The position numbers and the translations under genes are program-made. Shown here piece by piece: positions 51,041 through 59,351 of a DNA stretch of 64,000 nt. A model generated the notes under the pieces. The model did no database searches, was not told the DNA's origin, and saw only the letters and a program-made list of their open reading frames with translations. The stretch's first letter is position 1. The number at the start of each line of letters is the position of its first letter. This DNA is from an uncultured Spirochaetales bacterium (GTDB taxonomy: Bacteria > Spirochaetota > Spirochaetia > Treponematales > JBGSOB01). The stretch lies in assembly GCA_964470375.1 (NCBI GenBank), contig CAYYCP010000006.1:524-64523 (forward strand), read 5' to 3'.

Positions 51041-52699
51041 ATGGCTGTCATCAGGAGAAAGAGACCAAGCGAGCAGAACGGCCAGGAAAAAGCCGATGGC
51101 GCCCAGCCGGAAACTTTCGTGCCGGCGGACGACGAGACCGAGCCCGAGGACCTGGCCCTGGAAGCCGAGCCGGCCGAGGTCGGTGAAAGCGCCGATCGGC
51201 CTCCCCAGGGTGAAGATGCGGGCGATGCCCGGGCTGCCCGTTTCAAGGCCAAGAAACGCATCATCCGCATAGAGACCAAGGCCGATACGGAGCGGGCCGA
51301 GCCGGTTGCGTTCGAAACCCGCCGGGAAGAAGGCCGCTCGGATTTCTCGCGTGGATTGGGCGGTTGGAACGGAGCCTCGCCAAAGCCGGATGAGATCGAA
51401 ATCCCTTCCTCCTCCGGGCGCTCGCAGCTCTCCATAAATGAGCTCACCAGCATGGGCATGAAGGAGTTGCGCGACTTGGCCGTGCGCTATGGCATGAGCC
51501 ACGAGGAAATGATCTCCTTAAAAAAACAAGAGATTATCTTCTCCACCCTCAAGTCCCATACCGAGCGTGGCGGTATCATCTACGCCTACGGCTCTCTGGA
51601 GATCCTCCCGGACGGCTACGGCTTCCTGCGTAGCCCGCAGAATTCCTATCTGCCCGGTTCGGATGACATCTACATTTCGCCCAGCCAGATCCGCCTCTTC
51701 AATCTCAAGACCGGCGACACAGTCTACGGGCAGATACGCAGCCCCAAGGAGGGTGAACGCTTCTTCGCCATGCTGAGGGTGGAGAAGGTGAACTTCGACG
51801 AGCCCGGGGCGGCCCAGACCCGCATCCCCTTCGAGAACCTCACCCCGCTCTACCCGGACGAGAAGCTCAACCTGGAAACCACCACCGAGGAGATATCCAC
51901 CCGCATCATCAACTTGTTCATGCCCATTGGCAAGGGCCAACGGGCCCTGATCGTGGCTCCCCCGCGCACCGGCAAGACCATCCTGATGCAGCGGATCGCC
52001 AACGCCATCACCACCAATCAGCCCGAGGTCTACCTCATCGTCCTCCTGATCGATGAACGCCCCGAGGAAGTCACCGACATGGAGCGTACGGTCAAGGCCG
52101 AGGTCATATCCTCCACCTTCGACGAGCAGGCTACCCGCCACGTGCAGGTGGCCGAGATGGTGCTTGAGAAGGCCAAGCGCCTGGTGGAGCACAAGCGGGA
52201 CGTCGTCATCCTACTGGACTCCATAACCCGCCTGGCGCGGGCCTACAACCAAACTGTACCCACCTCCGGCAAGATCCTGTCCGGCGGTGTGGACTCGAAC
52301 GCCCTGCACAAGCCCAAGCGTTTCTTCGGTGCTGCCCGCAACATAGAGGAGGGCGGAAGTCTGACAATCATCGCCACCGCCCTGATAGAGACCGGCAGCC
52401 GCATGGACGAGGTCATCTTCGAGGAATTCAAGGGCACCGGCAACATGGAGATCAACCTAGACCGGCGCCTGTCCGACCGGCGCCTCTTCCCGGCCATCTC
52501 CATCAAGAAGTCCGGCACGCGCAAGGAAGAGCTCCTCCTCACCGAGGAGGAGCTTCAGAAGATTTGGGTCCTGCGCAAGGTCATCAACCCCATGGAGGAC
52601 ACTGAGATCATAGAGCTCCTCATTGACAGGATGAAGAAAAGCAAGAATAATGAGGCCTTCCTGCGATCCATGAACTCCCCCATCGGGGAGGATTCATAG
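51041..52699 (+). CDS. rho: Transcription termination factor Rho with a ~129-aa acidic/Arg-rich N-terminal extension
   Basis: From residue ~130 the protein is collinear with E. coli Rho. Matching blocks are [18 protein letters not shown]..., GYGFLRS...[18 protein letters not shown], Walker A PPRTGKT, and LIDERPEEV. Confidence 0.93.
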   Translation: MAVIRRKRPSEQNGQEKADGAQPETFVPADDETEPEDLALEAEPAEVGESADRPPQGEDAGDARAARFKAKKRIIRIETKADTERAEPVAFETRREEGRSDFSRGLGGWNGASPKPDEIEIPSSSGRSQLSINELTSMGMKELRDLAVRYGMSHEEMISLKKQEIIFSTLKSHTERGGIIYAYGSLEILPDGYGFLRSPQNSYLPGSDDIYISPSQIRLFNLKTGDTVYGQIRSPKEGERFFAMLRVEKVNFDEPGAAQTRIPFENLTPLYPDEKLNLETTTEEISTRIINLFMPIGKGQRALIVAPPRTGKTILMQRIANAITTNQPEVYLIVLLIDERPEEVTDMERTVKAEVISSTFDEQATRHVQVAEMVLEKAKRLVEHKRDVVILLDSITRLARAYNQTVPTSGKILSGGVDSNALHKPKRFFGAARNIEEGGSLTIIATALIETGSRMDEVIFEEFKGTGNMEINLDRRLSDRRLFPAISIKKSGTRKEELLLTEEELQKIWVLRKVINPMEDTEIIELLIDRMKKSKNNEAFLRSMNSPIGEDS

Positions 52700-52761
52700 G
52701 CATCCGGGGAAACGCCGTCCAGTCGGTATTCTGGCAAGGCTAGAGCGCACGGAGGATAGGG

Positions 52762-52965
52762 ATGAAGAAGGGTATCCACCCCAAGTACGAACCCACCACG
52801 ATCACCTGCGCCTGCGGCAATGTCATTGAGACCCGTTCGACGGTGAAGGACGTGCAAGTGGAAATCTGCTCCGCCTGCCACCCCTTCTTCACCGGCAAAC
52901 AAAAGCTCGTTGACACCGCGGGGCGCATCGACCGCTTCCGAAGGAAGTACGGGATCAAGGAATAG
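52762..52965 (+). CDS. rpmE: 50S ribosomal protein L31
   Basis: [20 protein letters not shown]...[23 protein letters not shown]. Confidence 0.92.
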   Translation: MKKGIHPKYEPTTITCACGNVIETRSTVKDVQVEICSACHPFFTGKQKLVDTAGRIDRFRRKYGIKE

Positions 52966-52986
52966 GGACGTACCGCATGAGAGACA

Positions 52987-53024
52987 GGGCCGCCGCTCGG
53001 CGGCCCTTTTCTTTTTCTTTTTTT
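52987..53024 (+). terminator. Rho-independent terminator after rpmE
   Basis: GGGCCGCC-gctc-GGCGGCCC stem followed by TTTTCTTTTTCTTTTTTT. Confidence 0.8.
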
Positions 53025-53153
53025 CTACAAGCTGACAGCAATAGCCGGCCGGGGTTCTTGGAGCCCGAAAACCTACGGGGCGGGCCTAGGCTTGAGCCGC
53101 GTGGGCAGCGCTCGATCCCCTCTCGGTTCAGGCCGGCGGAAGCCGTTTCCGCC

Positions 53154-53738
53154 TCAAAAGCCCGCTATGAGGCGCAGCATGGCGGCGGCGGCCTTGCCGC
53201 GGTGCGATATTCGGTTTTTTTCCTCCTCAGTCAGCTCGGCCACCGAGAGCCCGCGGCTCTTGACGAGGACGATGGGATCGTAGCCGAAGCCCCCCTGCCC
53301 TCGCGGCTCCTCCAGGAGCTCTCCCTCCATGGTCTCCTGAACGGCTAAAAAGCGGTCGGGGGAGCTCACCAGCACCAGGCAACAGACGAAGCGGCAAGAA
53401 CGGTCCTGCACGCCGCGCATGGCCTCGAGGAGGCGGGCGTTGCGCGCGGATGCCTCCAGGGTCCGTCCATCCAGGGAGCCGTATCGTGCAGAATGAAGGC
53501 CCGGCGCCCCCCCTAGGGCGTCCACGCAGAGTCCGGAATCATCAGCTAAAACCGGCATCCCGCACTGGCGCTGGAGGGCTTGAGCCTTCTTGAGGGCGTT
53601 CTCCAGGAAACTCCGGCCGTCCTCCGTGATGTCGAAGGCTATACCCTCCTCAGAGGGGCTGTGCAGCACGTGGGCGCCGAAGAGGGCTCGCATTTCCGCG
53701 AGCTTGCCGGGATTGCCTGAAGCGAACAGTATATCCAT
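53154..53738 (-). CDS. rdgB: Non-canonical purine NTP pyrophosphatase (RdgB/HAM1)
   Basis: MDILFASGNPGKLAEMRALF...TEDGRSFLENALKKA...LADDSGLCVDALGGAPG..SARY...GFGYDPIV. The ORF-track extension to 53927 is rejected. Confidence 0.88.
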   Translation of the reverse strand: MDILFASGNPGKLAEMRALFGAHVLHSPSEEGIAFDITEDGRSFLENALKKAQALQRQCGMPVLADDSGLCVDALGGAPGLHSARYGSLDGRTLEASARNARLLEAMRGVQDRSCRFVCCLVLVSSPDRFLAVQETMEGELLEEPRGQGGFGYDPIVLVKSRGLSVAELTEEEKNRISHRGKAAAAMLRLIAGF

Positions 53739-54663
53739 GTCCGGCAGAATACCCGCTCGCCTGGGCTTCGGGCAAGATCGGAGCATTCTTGCGCAGGTAG
53801 TGCAGGCCTGAATCAACCGTGCCCTTGGGCAGGCCAAGGACCAGGGCCACCTCCTCGTTGGTCGGCTGGGCCTGGACGGCGTTGACGCGCTGTCGGGCCC
53901 GTCTGAGCCGGGCGCGGTATCGTTCAACCAAGATATCCCACCGGGCCCGCCTCTCAGGATCGCTCTCCTGCTTGGCCCGCCCCTCGTAGTAGCATAGGCC
54001 GGCGTAGAGCTTGTCGCGCACGCGTATATAGGCCTCCTGACGCCGGAGACGTGATTCCGCCATAGACCTCAAGGCTTCAATCCGTGAGCGCAGGTGGGCC
54101 TCTCCCAATCCGGTGATCCCGCCTAGGAGGCATATCTGTGTCTCGTTTAAGGAGAACCCGCACTTGAGAGCCAAGAAAAGGATGCGCTTGCAGGCCGATT
54201 CCAGGGAGGCCGGGCGTCGCGCGTCCACCGAGAGTCCGGCGAGGATCTCCCGGCGATGTGAGTCCTCAAGATGGCCTTGGCCATGACCGGGAGTCTCATC
54301 TGCATCCCATGTCACCTGAGCATCAGCCTCAGACCAGGCGCAGTCGCGGTACTCGGGCCGGGCCAGGATCTCAGAGAGGCGGAAAGAGCGCTCGCGGGCC
54401 TCGATCTCGTCGTTGCGGCGGTGGAAACGCAGGCTGGAAACCATATAGGGCTCGAAGCCACGCTGGCTGGGGCGGTACTTATCCACCAGGTTGCCGATGC
54501 GGTGGTAAAATCCCGCCAGGTGCTCGAGGGCCTCTTGCCGGTCAGCATAGCCGTAGCGTTCGCGCTTGGCCACCACATCGTTGATGATCCTCGAGATGAC
54601 GGCGGTTCTGCCCGGACCACCGGCCTGAACCCTCAATATGTCCGCTTCGAGACTTTCTTCCAT
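53650..54663 (-). CDS. Hypothetical regulator with a sigma-70 region-4-like C-terminal HTH and a region-2-like N-terminus
   Basis: GGAGGAG SD before ATG 54663 (ORF track 54801). The C-terminus PTNEEVALVLGLPKGTVDSGLHYLRKN resembles an ECF sigma region 4.2. The 3' tail overlaps rdgB by 89 nt. Confidence 0.6.
   Translation of the reverse strand: MEESLEADILRVQAGGPGRTAVISRIINDVVAKRERYGYADRQEALEHLAGFYHRIGNLVDKYRPSQRGFEPYMVSSLRFHRRNDEIEARERSFRLSEILARPEYRDCAWSEADAQVTWDADETPGHGQGHLEDSHRREILAGLSVDARRPASLESACKRILFLALKCGFSLNETQICLLGGITGLGEAHLRSRIEALRSMAESRLRRQEAYIRVRDKLYAGLCYYEGRAKQESDPERRARWDILVERYRARLRRARQRVNAVQAQPTNEEVALVLGLPKGTVDSGLHYLRKNAPILPEAQASGYSAGHGYTVRFRQSRQARGNASPLRRPRAAQPL
53746..53775 (-). 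promoter_or_regulatory. Predicted promoter TTGCCC-18-TATTCT, 7 nt before rdgB ATG (leaderless geometry), inside the upstream gene
   Basis: Minus strand: TTGCCC (53775-53770), 18-nt spacer, TATTCT (53751-53746), gccggac, ATG 53738. Confidence 0.45.
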
Positions 54664-54849
54664 CGTCGCTCCTCCTATCATCGTTGGAGCTTCCCATGCA
54701 TGGATTATGCCAAGCGTTCGCTGTCCGGCGGCCACCACTAGATGCGGTGGAACAAGCAAGACGATGCCCCAATCATGGTGGTAGGACTGACTGATACGCA
54801 TCGAGTATGAGGAGGGAATACAACGAAAGTTACGCGCAGGATTTTTTCG

Positions 54850-55833
54850 TTACAGGATGGAGGTGTCCAAGGCGGCGAAGGCTTTTTCGAATTCAGCCAG
54901 CACACGTGCGCGCACATCCTCGATTATACCGGGCATGGACAGGCCGGCCGCGCGCTTGTGCCCTCCGCCGCCCAGGGCCACGGCCACCTCAGCTACATTG
55001 ATCCTGTCCTTGGAGCGCAGGCCCACTGTGCAGTTATCCAGGGTCTCCTGACGGATAATAGCGATGGCCTCGCAGCCGTTGATGGCCTGGATGAGCTGGT
55101 AGGCTGCGTCTGAATCCCGGCCCTCCAGCCCGAAACGCTGGCTGTCCTCGAAGGTCTCGTAGGAGAGCATGAGCCGACCGCCGAAGTGCGCTTCCAGCCT
55201 CATCAGAACCTGGCCCAGAAGAATGCGTGAATCCATACTCTTCCCGCCCTGCATGAGATCAAAGACGGCCTTGGGCGAGGCACCGGCCCGGGTGAGTGCG
55301 GCCGCGGCCAGGAAGGCGCGCTCCGATGTCTCTGTAAGGTGCCGGAAGAAGCCGGTATCGGTGCAGAGCCCGAACAGGAGGAGGCGGGCTTCTTCCGGCT
55401 GTGGCTGGAGACCCATGGCCTGCATGAGCTCCAGAACCAGGAGGGTGGTGGCCGGAGATTCAGGATCGATGTACAGGGCCTGACCGCGCTGGTCGCCCGA
55501 AGCGTGGTGGTCGATGACTGCCAGGGGGTAATCCGCAAGGCCGGCCTCGAGCTCACCGGTCCGCGAGATGTCCGAACAATCCAGGAGGATACATGCCAGG
55601 CCAGGCCGAACCTCCGGCAGCTTGGCAGCGAAGGAAGCCTCGAATGCCCTCACCTCGGGTCTCTTGAAGGGCCCGGCCGAGACCGGAAAGACCTCCTTGC
55701 CCAGTCGGGCCAAGACGCTGGCCAGGGCCAGCTGGCTGCCCACGCAGTCACCGTCGGGCTCCTTGTGACCGGCTATGACGAAGGCGGGATAGGCGTCGAT
55801 GAAATCCAAGATGTAGCGCGGATCGGGTATCAT
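54850..55833 (-). CDS. nrnA: DHH/DHHA1 phosphoesterase (NrnA-type oligoribonuclease / pAp phosphatase)
   Basis: GHKEPDGDCVGS, VIDHHAS and GGGGHKRAAG motifs. Confidence 0.85.
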   Translation of the reverse strand: MIPDPRYILDFIDAYPAFVIAGHKEPDGDCVGSQLALASVLARLGKEVFPVSAGPFKRPEVRAFEASFAAKLPEVRPGLACILLDCSDISRTGELEAGLADYPLAVIDHHASGDQRGQALYIDPESPATTLLVLELMQAMGLQPQPEEARLLLFGLCTDTGFFRHLTETSERAFLAAAALTRAGASPKAVFDLMQGGKSMDSRILLGQVLMRLEAHFGGRLMLSYETFEDSQRFGLEGRDSDAAYQLIQAINGCEAIAIIRQETLDNCTVGLRSKDRINVAEVAVALGGGGHKRAAGLSMPGIIEDVRARVLAEFEKAFAALDTSIL

Positions 55834-56996
55834 AGATCTCCTAGGAGGAGGAGGGCGCCCTGGGCTTCCCCGCCCGAGACGAGGGCGGCGCCTTCCTGGA
55901 TGTAGACATCGATCTCCGTGCGGAGACCGAAATCCTCGAAATACAGGCCGGGCTCGATGGAGAAGCAGGACCCCTCCAGGATTCTGCGCTGGTCTGGGAA
56001 CTCCACCGAATCAAGGTTGACACCCGAACCGTGGCATTCGCGGTCGATGCCGTGGCCGGTACGGTGTCGCAGAGATCCTTCCAGGCCCATCTCCGCCGCC
56101 CGGTTCCTGACGAGGGCGTCCACATCGCAGCCGCGCTGCGCCTGGCCCCGCCTGAGCCCATCGCGGATGTAGGCCAGAGCTGCATCGCGCAGGGCGAAGA
56201 CATCCCGGGCGGCCTTCTCATGGCGGGCCTCCGGCTCCTCCCCCAGGAAACCGATCCAAGAGATGTCGGCGTAGATCGCCTCAGGGCCGCCCTCCTTGGC
56301 CCATAGATCGAGCTGAAGAACCTGGCCCCTCATCAAGGGTCGGCCCGGGCCCAGGACCTCGTAGTGCGGATCCGCGCTCGAGAGGCCAGCCGCGACGATG
56401 GGGGGATGGTCGGTCACCAGGCCCATGCGTTGGAAGGCGGAGAGGATATCGTCTCGCAGTTTTCCCTCGCAGGGCAGGCTCCCGGACGAAGCCTGGCGCC
56501 TCAGACCAGCCCAGATATCATCGACGATCATGCGGAGGCATCGGGCCGCCCGTTCGTGGCTTTCGATGCCCGCCCGGCTGAGAAGGCCCTGGAGGCGCTG
56601 AATCAGGGGGGAGGCATCAGCTAGTTCAAGGCCGCATTCGACCAGAAGGAGATAAGTCCCTGCGTCTATCGTGGACACTGCGGGAAGGTGGGGAGAGAAG
56701 TGACAGGCCCAGGGGCCCCTCGGCAGGGATGCCAGAGCCGCCTTGAGGCCGTCAAGGGAGCCGTAGACGAGCTCGCGGCCCTCCAGGCCATCCAGGGCTC
56801 CGCGCTCGATCGAATGCACGATTTTGACGGCCTGACCGTCGGCGCCCAGGGCGTAGAACCACCGGCGGGTGTTCACCGCCCCGGCGGGGCGGCCCAGGAT
56901 GGCGTCGCTCAGGGGATCGCGGTGCCTATAGTTATGAAAAAGCCATCCGCCCAGTGATTCCGAGCGGATGGCCTCCAGGACGGCGCGCTTGTCCAA
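55830..56996 (-). CDS. M24-family Xaa-Pro aminopeptidase
   Basis: The pita-bread metal-ligand pattern is LDLWA...DISW...HRTGHGID...FSIEPGLYF...RTEI. TTG start. ATGA overlap with nrnA. Confidence 0.85.
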   Translation of the reverse strand: MDKRAVLEAIRSESLGGWLFHNYRHRDPLSDAILGRPAGAVNTRRWFYALGADGQAVKIVHSIERGALDGLEGRELVYGSLDGLKAALASLPRGPWACHFSPHLPAVSTIDAGTYLLLVECGLELADASPLIQRLQGLLSRAGIESHERAARCLRMIVDDIWAGLRRQASSGSLPCEGKLRDDILSAFQRMGLVTDHPPIVAAGLSSADPHYEVLGPGRPLMRGQVLQLDLWAKEGGPEAIYADISWIGFLGEEPEARHEKAARDVFALRDAALAYIRDGLRRGQAQRGCDVDALVRNRAAEMGLEGSLRHRTGHGIDRECHGSGVNLDSVEFPDQRRILEGSCFSIEPGLYFEDFGLRTEIDVYIQEGAALVSGGEAQGALLLLGDL

Positions 56997-56998
56997 GG

Positions 56999-57397
56999 CT
57001 AGAACTGGAGCTTCAGTTCCTTGACGCCCTCGAAGAGGGCCTTCCCATCCACGGTCTGGTCGAAGATGCCCCAGCGCGAATCATTGATATCCCAATTGAG
57101 GTGGAGCCTCACGTGGCTCATTTTGCCTTCTTTATAAAAGACGGTCATGTAGGGGAAGGTGGGGCCCCAGCCGTAGTCCACCTTATTGGGGCTGTTGGGG
57201 TAATCGAACCAGGACATGGGCAGGTAGGCCGAGGCGGTGCGCGTGGATCCGACCTTATAGATGACCTGGTAGCCCATGGCGTGGGAGTAGACCTTCACAA
57301 TCGGAACGTTGATGTAATAGTACTCCGATTCGTCAGCCGAGGCCTGGGCGCAGGCCAGGGCGAGGAGGATGCCGAGGAGCAAGAGACTTCTTTTCAT
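56999..57397 (-). CDS. Small secreted hypothetical protein
   Basis: Signal peptide MKRSLLLLGILLALACAQASA. GGAGG SD. First gene of a three-gene unit with the M24 peptidase and nrnA. Confidence 0.65.
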   Translation of the reverse strand: MKRSLLLLGILLALACAQASADESEYYYINVPIVKVYSHAMGYQVIYKVGSTRTASAYLPMSWFDYPNSPNKVDYGWGPTFPYMTVFYKEGKMSHVRLHLNWDINDSRWGIFDQTVDGKALFEGVKELKLQF

Positions 57398-57438
57398 GAC
57401 CAGCCTCCAAGCGCTGAGGTTTATGCCCGAGCATCCAG

Positions 57439-57467
57439 AGTATAAGGGAGGCTATCCGGGAAATCAA
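57439..57467 (-). promoter_or_regulatory. Predicted promoter TTGATT-17-TATACT for the 57397 operon
   Basis: Minus strand: TTGATT (57467-57462), 17-nt spacer, TATACT (57444-57439). Confidence 0.55.
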
Positions 57468-57482
57468 GGACGATTGTATGAT
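57453..57482 (+). promoter_or_regulatory. Predicted -10 box TATGAT, 6 nt before nth ATG (leaderless geometry; weak -35)
   Basis: TATGAT 57477-57482 with TG just upstream, then gcggcc, then ATG 57489. Only a poor -35 (TATCCG) is present. Confidence 0.4.
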
Positions 57483-57488
57483 GCGGCC

Positions 57489-58148
57489 ATGAAGCGAGCC
57501 TCGCCGCGCAGCATGGCCCTGGCCTTGCGCGACATCCTCCTGCCCCTCTACCCCGACGCCCGCCCCCTTCTGCGCTACGATTCGCCCTTTCAGCTCCTTG
57601 TGGCGGTGGTTCTCTCGGCCCAGACCACCGACGAGCAGGTGAACGGGGCCACCCCCGGCCTCTTCGCGCGCTGGCCCGATGCAGAGTCCCTGGCCCATGC
57701 TCCCCTCGAGGCGATCAGGCAGGCTATCCGGCCGGTCGGCTTCTTCAATGTCAAGGCGGGCTACATCCAGGGGATAGCCCGGGCCATCCTGGAGCGGCAC
57801 GGCGGGGCCGTGCCTACCTCCATGGAGGAACTGACCGCCCTTCCGGGGGTGGGCCGGAAGAGCGCCCACCTCCTGCGCTCGGCCTGCTTCGGCCTCCCCG
57901 GTATCATCCCGGATACCCACTTCATGCGAGTCCTCCACCGCTGCGGAGTCATCCCAACCCAGGATCCGGTAAGGGCCGAGCGCGCCACTGTCACCTTCAT
58001 TCCCGAGTCCGAGTGGACGGCCTTCTCCCACGCCCTCAACCGCCACGGCAAATTCGTCTGCCGAGCCCGCTCTCCGGCCTGCGCCGACTGCCCTCTCGTG
58101 GGTCTCTGCCCCCGGCGGGGCTTGTCCAAGGCGCGGAACTCTCCATAG
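57489..58148 (+). CDS. nth: Endonuclease III
   Basis: SPFQLLVAVVLSAQTTDEQVN...LPGVGRKSA (HhH), and the Fe-S loop CRARSPACADCPLVGLC. The ORF-track extension to 57369 is rejected. Confidence 0.9.
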   Translation: MKRASPRSMALALRDILLPLYPDARPLLRYDSPFQLLVAVVLSAQTTDEQVNGATPGLFARWPDAESLAHAPLEAIRQAIRPVGFFNVKAGYIQGIARAILERHGGAVPTSMEELTALPGVGRKSAHLLRSACFGLPGIIPDTHFMRVLHRCGVIPTQDPVRAERATVTFIPESEWTAFSHALNRHGKFVCRARSPACADCPLVGLCPRRGLSKARNSP

Positions 58149-58178
58149 CGTCTGTGTCCACACCTTTGGCAGCAGGGC

Positions 58179-58208
58179 TTGCCGCAGGTCCTGTCCACGG
58201 TCTAGAAT
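58179..58208 (+). promoter_or_regulatory. Predicted promoter TTGCCG-18-TAGAAT, 6 nt before ltaE ATG (leaderless geometry)
   Basis: TTGCCG 58179-58184, TAGAAT 58203-58208, tcagat, ATG 58215. Confidence 0.5.
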
Positions 58209-58214
58209 TCAGAT

Positions 58215-59261
58215 ATGGACATGATCGACCTCAGGAGCGATACGGTCACCCGCCCGACCGCATCGATGCGCGCCGCCATGGCCCAGGCCGAGGTGGGTGA
58301 CGACGGCTACGGGGACGATCCCACCGTCAAAGAGCTGGAGGCTATGGGAGCCTCCCTCCTGGGCAAGGAGGCCGCCGTTTTCGTCCCTTCGGGGACATTC
58401 GGCAATCAACTGGCCATCTTCACCCATTGCCGGCGCGGAGATGAGGTCATCCTGGGCGAGGGTTGCCATATCGTCCAACATGAGTCGGGCGCGGCCGCGG
58501 TCATAGCCGGGGTTCAGTTGCGCTGCATCAAGGAAGATGCCGACATCCTCCCGACCGACGCCGTTGTCGACCGGCTGCGCGGCCCCGGCAGGCAGCCCGC
58601 CACGGGACTGCTCTGCCTTGAGAACGCCAGCTCAGGCGGGCGGGCTATCAGCCTCAAGGCCATGGACAGCCCCGTCCAGGCCGCCCGCGCCGCCAAGGTT
58701 CCGGTACACCTGGACGGGGCGCGCATCTTCAACGCCGCCATCGCCCTGGCCGTCAAGCCGAGCGACATCGCCGCCCGCGCGGATTCGGTGATGTTCTGCC
58801 TTTCCAAGGGGCTCTCGGCCCCGGTGGGCTCCCTCCTCTGCGGAAGCGCGGAGTTTATCCGACAGGCCCGGGCCAAACGGGCCATCATGGGTGGGCAGCT
58901 GAGGCAGGCGGGGATCCTGGCGGCCGCCGGCCTGGTGGCCCTGCGCGAAGGCCTGCCCCGCCTGCGTGAGGACCACGAGACGGCCAAGATGCTGGGGCGC
59001 TCCATAGCCTCAATCCCCAGCCTGGACGTCGATATAGAGTCGATCCATATCAACATGGTCTTCTTCCGCCACATCGCCGCGGCCAAGCCCGGCAGCCCGA
59101 TAGCCCGGCCCGAGGACATCGTGGCCGGACTGCAGCAGCGCGGGATCCTAGTGAATCCCCCCGATCACGGGATATGGCGCCTCGTCACCCACAGGGAGGT
59201 TCCTCCCGAGCGCATCGGCGAGATCGCCTTGGCCCTCCGGGAGGTATTCAGCCCCGCTTGA
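58215..59261 (+). CDS. ltaE: Low-specificity L-threonine aldolase
   Basis: IDLRSDTVTRPT..MR.AMA.AEVGDD.YGDDPTV..LE...GTFGNQLA...MFCLSKGL.APVGS. Confidence 0.88.
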   Translation: MDMIDLRSDTVTRPTASMRAAMAQAEVGDDGYGDDPTVKELEAMGASLLGKEAAVFVPSGTFGNQLAIFTHCRRGDEVILGEGCHIVQHESGAAAVIAGVQLRCIKEDADILPTDAVVDRLRGPGRQPATGLLCLENASSGGRAISLKAMDSPVQAARAAKVPVHLDGARIFNAAIALAVKPSDIAARADSVMFCLSKGLSAPVGSLLCGSAEFIRQARAKRAIMGGQLRQAGILAAAGLVALREGLPRLREDHETAKMLGRSIASIPSLDVDIESIHINMVFFRHIAAAKPGSPIARPEDIVAGLQQRGILVNPPDHGIWRLVTHREVPPERIGEIALALREVFSPA

Positions 59262-59351
59262 GCCGGGTTTTTCCTTCTCCCCGTACGCCCACTCCCCCGC
59301 TGGGTTTGAAGCATCGCCGCGGCCCTGGCCGATCAGCCGCGGAGGTACCAG

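Noticed and set aside
57333-58163. 276-aa minus-strand ORF antisense to nth. The 60015-60764 and 62397-63119 ORFs, antisense to the lipoprotein and TonB-like genes, are similar.
   Set aside because: Shadow ORFs with Gly/Arg/Pro/Ala bias, opposite genes that carry family motifs.
59251-59275. Possible terminator overlapping the ltaE stop (CCCG...CGGG followed by TTTTT).
   Set aside because: Only a ~4-bp stem can be drawn, which is too weak to call.
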